Of a DNA stretch of 64,000 bases, positions 59,805-64,000 are shown piece after piece (within the stretch, counting starts at the first letter, position 1; the number at the start of each line of letters is the position of its first letter). The notes below the pieces were generated by a model that worked only from the letters and a program-made list of their open reading frames with translations, made no database searches and was not told where the DNA came from. Made by a program: the position numbers and the translations under genes. This DNA comes from Candidatus Melainabacteria bacterium 17Bon1m (lineage in GTDB: Bacteria; Cyanobacteriota; Vampirovibrionia; Obscuribacterales; Obscuribacteraceae). Location of the stretch: assembly GCA_032128875.1 (NCBI GenBank), contig JAVLKG010000004.1:128001-192000 (forward strand), written 5' to 3'.

Positions 59805-60722
59805 TTAAAAGGTTTTTCCAAACATGGAAAACATTGATGGCACAGTCCCCAGTGCGACGTATGTGACTAACGTCCAGACTCCGGAGAAACTCTCGAACGG
59901 CTTACCGCTCGAAGAATGTTTTACAAACTTGATAGCAATTGCAACGGCGCCAGTTGCAAGAAATAAGACGAGCGCGATGATCGGCACTGCAAACCCGAGT
60001 TTTGCAGCAGTAGCTATCGCCAAACAGCCAGATGCCGCGATTGCCGCAAGCCATGCAAAGACAGCCGGTCTGCTTCCCCAGGCTGAAGTGTAGCTTGTCA
60101 CTCCGTCTTTTTCTTCATCAGAAGATTTGATCTTGCGCCCGATTTCGATGATCACTCCATTGCAAAAACTTACAGCGAGAAACAGCCACAATCCCGATGG
60201 TGGCAATGCGGTGCCTTTCATCCAATCGAAAGCGGTAACGAAAATGTCTACGAAAAGCAAAATCAGCATGTGCGTCCATAAGTAGGTGAATGGACGTTGC
60301 TTCAGCCAGTCGCCAACGAAAAACTCCACGCTCATTAGCGCGAAGTACAGCCATGTGAGGGCTAGAGGGAGAAGCAGGCTTTGCTGGTAGGAAAACGCGA
60401 GGGACAATTGAATTGCGCCACCGAGTGCGCCAAGCATCGCCAGCTCTTTCAGTTTGACCAAGCCGCGGGGAACCGGCCGCTCCGGCTGGTACCGGCAGTC
60501 TTCTTCGTGGTCTTTAAACTCATCGGCAACACGAAGCTGGAAGAAAAGGATTAGGGAGCAGAGATACGCTGCCAGAAAGGCTTGAATGTCCGGCATTCCT
60601 GCTTCGCCGCGCATCATTCGAGAAACACAGAGCGCCGAATAGGAGAATGCTGCCACTATGGCGCCGTATTGGGAGAGCGGGAAGCGCTCTCTTTGATAGA
60701 CGAACCAACGGTTTAGTTTCAT
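59805..60722 (-). CDS. Divergent UbiA-family prenyltransferase
   Basis: About 8 TMs, RVADEFKDHEED...PERPVPRG Asp-rich motif, EIGRK. Confidence 0.8.
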   Translation of the reverse strand: MKLNRWFVYQRERFPLSQYGAIVAAFSYSALCVSRMMRGEAGMPDIQAFLAAYLCSLILFFQLRVADEFKDHEEDCRYQPERPVPRGLVKLKELAMLGALGGAIQLSLAFSYQQSLLLPLALTWLYFALMSVEFFVGDWLKQRPFTYLWTHMLILLFVDIFVTAFDWMKGTALPPSGLWLFLAVSFCNGVIIEIGRKIKSSDEEKDGVTSYTSAWGSRPAVFAWLAAIAASGCLAIATAAKLGFAVPIIALVLFLATGAVAIAIKFVKHSSSGKPFESFSGVWTLVTYVALGTVPSMFSMFGKTF

Positions 60723-60876
60723 TTTTCTGCGCCCTAGAGCTGAGTGTGCGGAAGCTAGCGGTCGATCCGCTAGGACTCCACCGCTGTGCCTACAGACTCA
60801 TTCTAGGTCGGCATGTTTCCGAAAGTCGGCTGTATGCGATCAGTTTGCCGACTGTTTTGCTCCTCTGTCTGACACA

Positions 60877-62106
60877 TCAGAAGGGATACACATATCCTTT
60901 TTCGTATCCGTGATAGGACAAATTCGGATCTCGAGTCAGAAAGTTGATTGCCTGGCTTTGCTTTGGGTTCGATTCATTTTTTATGGACAGCGTTCGAATA
61001 TATTCGCCTGTGGCTGTTCTCAACTTACCTGATGGGGTAGAGATTGCTGCGCTGTAGCCTTCCTTCTTAAGAGCCGAATTCAAAGTTTCTGTAAATGTCT
61101 TCGAAAGACCGACGTATTCATCTTGCAATGCACTCTTTATAAAAGTGTCTACCAATTCGCCACTCTCTTTCTTATTCAATGCAACTGATTTTGCAATCAA
61201 AGAACTTACACACCCTTCCATCTCTTTGCGAAGGTCGGCTTTTGATATGGTCGAAACATCTCCAGTCTGCATAGCCAATTTGCCAAAATTGAATTGCAGA
61301 AAGTATTTTGTGTACTTGTGTTCTTGTGTGCTGCTTTGATATTTCGTCATATCGCTCAGTGATATCTCACCCTTCTTCAAAAGAAGTGGATCATTCATGA
61401 GGTGTTGCAATGCTCTTAGCTCAGACATGCTTTTCTGTAGGGAAGGATCACATGATTTATATGGGTTGAGTCCTTCGATAATAGTGCTGCCACCCTCAAC
61501 GGATTTACCTGCGAACAATGAATGCTGCGCATGACTGGTTTTAACAGAGATAAATCTGTCTACTACTACTGAATTCCCCTCTCCTAATGTGAAAACCGTC
61601 GCTGGGATTTGTTCCATCAGGTAATTGAAGGCTGACGCTTTATCGATTCTGACTTGCTTACCGCTGCCTGCAAGAGCTGTATTGAATTGGTTTTGCAAAT
61701 CACTTCTTGAACTCGAAGCGTCAATCAATCGCGTGATTCCGCTGCGTATTTCAAAATTGAGCGGCGCGTTGCTGGGGGCAGATTCTATTGCCGCCGTCAG
61801 ATTAACCAAAATTGCGCGATCTATGTCAGGTTTTGAAATCGAACCAGCGCCTCCCGAAACTTGCCCGAAGTTTTTAAGCAAGTACAATTCTGGACTTCCA
61901 GGGCGCTGAGAGTTTGTGTCTTGCATTCCACTTCTTAGTTCGTCTCGAGTGAGTCGCGAATCACCACTCTTATCAATCCTTTTGAAATCGCTCTTCGCCT
62001 CAAACAATGCATCCAATACCATGTTAGAGCGTGCCTGCGACTCTTCGTCATCTACTTCCGGCGACGTCTTATCAGCACGTGCTTCTTCGATTGCATCTTT
62101 TGCCAT
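60877..62106 (-). CDS. Hypothetical protein with EF-hand-like loop
   Basis: FKRIDKSGDSRLTRDEL; remainder unrecognised. Confidence 0.7.
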   Translation of the reverse strand: MAKDAIEEARADKTSPEVDDEESQARSNMVLDALFEAKSDFKRIDKSGDSRLTRDELRSGMQDTNSQRPGSPELYLLKNFGQVSGGAGSISKPDIDRAILVNLTAAIESAPSNAPLNFEIRSGITRLIDASSSRSDLQNQFNTALAGSGKQVRIDKASAFNYLMEQIPATVFTLGEGNSVVVDRFISVKTSHAQHSLFAGKSVEGGSTIIEGLNPYKSCDPSLQKSMSELRALQHLMNDPLLLKKGEISLSDMTKYQSSTQEHKYTKYFLQFNFGKLAMQTGDVSTISKADLRKEMEGCVSSLIAKSVALNKKESGELVDTFIKSALQDEYVGLSKTFTETLNSALKKEGYSAAISTPSGKLRTATGEYIRTLSIKNESNPKQSQAINFLTRDPNLSYHGYEKGYVYPF

Positions 62107-62307
62107 TTCAAAACCTCAAATAAATTCGGCGTTAGCAGACCCTACTTTCTATCGGTTTGCAAAGCTGCAGCAGCTCGGGCTTTGGGGTGCGCCTTGCTCT
62201 GTTGTGGCTCATACTAGCCGTCCAATGTTGCCGCAAAGTTGCCAAATCGTTGTTGATTTGTTGCCGGTTGCTTTTGCGACGCGTCCGATTATCCGCTGGC
62301 TTCGATG

Positions 62308-63555
62308 CTACCGCCTAATGAACCGGATCACTCTCTGGTCATTGTCGACGGTGTACTCGTATCCTTCATATAGGTCTTGTCCGACTAGCGGACGCCCTAG
62401 AGAGCCGTAGTTTGCGGTCACATCGCAGTTGTATTTCTCGATTGGCCCGAGCTTCACTCGATTGACTTTGAATCGCAATCCGCTGCCGCTGCCCGTTACT
62501 CCAGAGTGGGTGACAGCTTCACCATCTTCGGTCGAGAGGTTGAGCGCTTTGACGTCATTCATTCCCATGCTGATGGCCGAAGCGGAGTTGCCTGTGTCGA
62601 AGTACATTGGGTAGGACCGCCCATTTACTTCAACATTGACGACCATCTTTGGACCTTCCCATGAGAAAGGTACGGCATAGCCTCCGCGTGCCGCGCCCGA
62701 TCCGCCGGAGCCTTTCTTCTTAAGCCTGATGGCGCCGGCATTTCTGTCAATTGAATATTCGAAGTCTTGGATGAAAGATTGCCCGAGAAGCGGCGGCGCT
62801 GCATTGTATGCGAGCACTTTGATGGGGAAGTTTTGCCGCAGTATGGTCCCGACTTTGACGTCTGCCGGCATCATCCAGTAGGACTGAAGGCTGGCATTGG
62901 ACGAGCCACCGGACTGACCAGTTGGTTCTCCTTCCGGTAGTCTGATGCCCATCTCTTGTAGCTGATTTTTACCGACAACAATTCCTGTTGCGCCAGTGTC
63001 GAAGGTCATTTTGAGTGGGCGATTATTGATGTATACATCAACTTTCAACTGCGCATCCCCCTTTTCGAAGAATATTGTTGCTTGTTCGGGAAGGTTTGAG
63101 CTGGAAGAGCTCCTTACGGCAGAGGCGCTGCTGCCGCCAGAGTATGTTCTCACCGAACTCTGGGCGTTTGTGCCGGAACTTGCCGTGGCTGGTTTTGGAT
63201 ACCACTGCGCGTCGGTGGTTCCGGGATTGAGGCGCATGCCGCCGACTACCTGTGCGGAGCGCGTTGCCGCAGCGGTGCCGGGAAACTTCTTAAGGATAAG
63301 CTGGTAATTGACGAGGGCGTCGGCTGTCTTCCCTTGATAGTGTTGGCTCACCGCCAAGTAGTACAAAGCGTTCGCGTTCGTGGGCTCGTTGGTGACGGCT
63401 TTCTTGAGCAATTTGGAAGCTTCATCAAAACGTTTTTCACCAAGAAGCTTCACGCCTTGCTTGAAGTCTTCGCCAGCCATGGCGGGCGACCAGGAAAGTC
63501 CCAGAAAGGAGACCAACACAAGGATAACCAAGAGTTTCGTCTGTTGCTGTTGCAT
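62308..63555 (-). CDS. TPR plus tandem retropepsin-like aspartyl protease, exported
   Basis: Signal peptide, TPRs, two DTG motifs (FDTGA, FDTGN), each followed by LLG/LVG. Confidence 0.88.
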   Translation of the reverse strand: MQQQQTKLLVILVLVSFLGLSWSPAMAGEDFKQGVKLLGEKRFDEASKLLKKAVTNEPTNANALYYLAVSQHYQGKTADALVNYQLILKKFPGTAAATRSAQVVGGMRLNPGTTDAQWYPKPATASSGTNAQSSVRTYSGGSSASAVRSSSSSNLPEQATIFFEKGDAQLKVDVYINNRPLKMTFDTGATGIVVGKNQLQEMGIRLPEGEPTGQSGGSSNASLQSYWMMPADVKVGTILRQNFPIKVLAYNAAPPLLGQSFIQDFEYSIDRNAGAIRLKKKGSGGSGAARGGYAVPFSWEGPKMVVNVEVNGRSYPMYFDTGNSASAISMGMNDVKALNLSTEDGEAVTHSGVTGSGSGLRFKVNRVKLGPIEKYNCDVTANYGSLGRPLVGQDLYEGYEYTVDNDQRVIRFIRR

Positions 63556-63685
63556 CTGGAAGCACTCCCAAACTGACAAGCTGAAAGAGGGTTTTCCTCA
63601 TCCTCTCTCAGTGTTTTTTACCCGTTTGGGTAAGTAGTCCAATTCGGAAATCAACTGGTTCGAACTGCCAGCCTTTATCAGATTT

Positions 63686-64000
63686 CTAGACCGTCCACTC
63701 TTCTTTGCGCTCGGGCGGATTCAAACGTTTTATCGACAATAAAAATCCGATTGATGACATGTCGACCAACAGCGCTGTTCCTCCATAGCTAAGGAAAGGC
63801 AATGGCACACCCGCTACCGGCATAATCCCAATGACCATGCCGATGTTGAGGAAAACGTGGAAAAGGAACATGCACATAAGCCCAAGTGCCATTAGGCTGC
63901 CCGCGGGTTCTCCTCGGGCTTGATGGGCGATCATAAGAGCACGGATGCAGATGCAGGCGTAAGCAATGACCACAAGAGCGGTGAACTTAAATCCCCACTC
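63686..64000 (-). CDS. rodA: Rod shape-determining protein RodA (SEDS), 3' part; runs off the window
   Basis: EWGF...NIGMVIGIMPVAGVPLPFLSYGG. Confidence 0.85.
   Translation of the reverse strand, partial: EWGFKFTALVVIAYACICIRALMIAHQARGEPAGSLMALGLMCMFLFHVFLNIGMVIGIMPVAGVPLPFLSYGGTALLVDMSSIGFLLSIKRLNPPERKEEWTV

Noticed and set aside
60825-60855. c-di-GMP-I riboswitch (GGCAAAC on the minus strand)
   Set aside because: No following GNRA stem or GACGCAAA element.

Overview
Gene-dense bacterial chromosomal window (about 55 CDS) with no recognisable rRNA, tRNA, CRISPR array, transposase, integrase or phage genes. The gene content suggests a non-photosynthetic cyanobacterial relative (Vampirovibrionia/Melainabacteria, Obscuribacterales-like): an Rbp-type RRM protein, a homologue of the cyanobacterial/plastid At5g03900 family, many TPR proteins, a MshEN-like repeat protein and a futalosine-type MqnP. 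This taxonomy is inferred, not tested. Two uncharacterised clusters stand out. (1) 51.8-60.7 kb is a six-gene operon: UbiA-like prenyltransferase, rifampicin-phosphotransferase-architecture dikinase, BtaA/DUF3419 aminocarboxypropyl transferase without btaB, phytol/dolichol-kinase-like membrane protein, GNAT and OleC-like adenylating enzyme. It looks like an undescribed lipid or prenylated-metabolite pathway and has a structured leader. (2) 45.4-50.1 kb is an envelope acylation cassette in which a dedicated ACP and a FabD-like transacylase, rather than a DltA-type ligase, feed an MBOAT ending in FIYFQF and an SGNH/DltD-like protein, a candidate malonylation system. Also present: a phosphorelay and a stand-alone protein that both end in catalytically dead GGDEF domains, a PerR-rubrerythrin-FMN reductase module with visible operator palindromes, two paralogous M16 peptidases, and a secreted 11-mer repeat protein. 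All calls come from motif recognition by eye; no searches were run.
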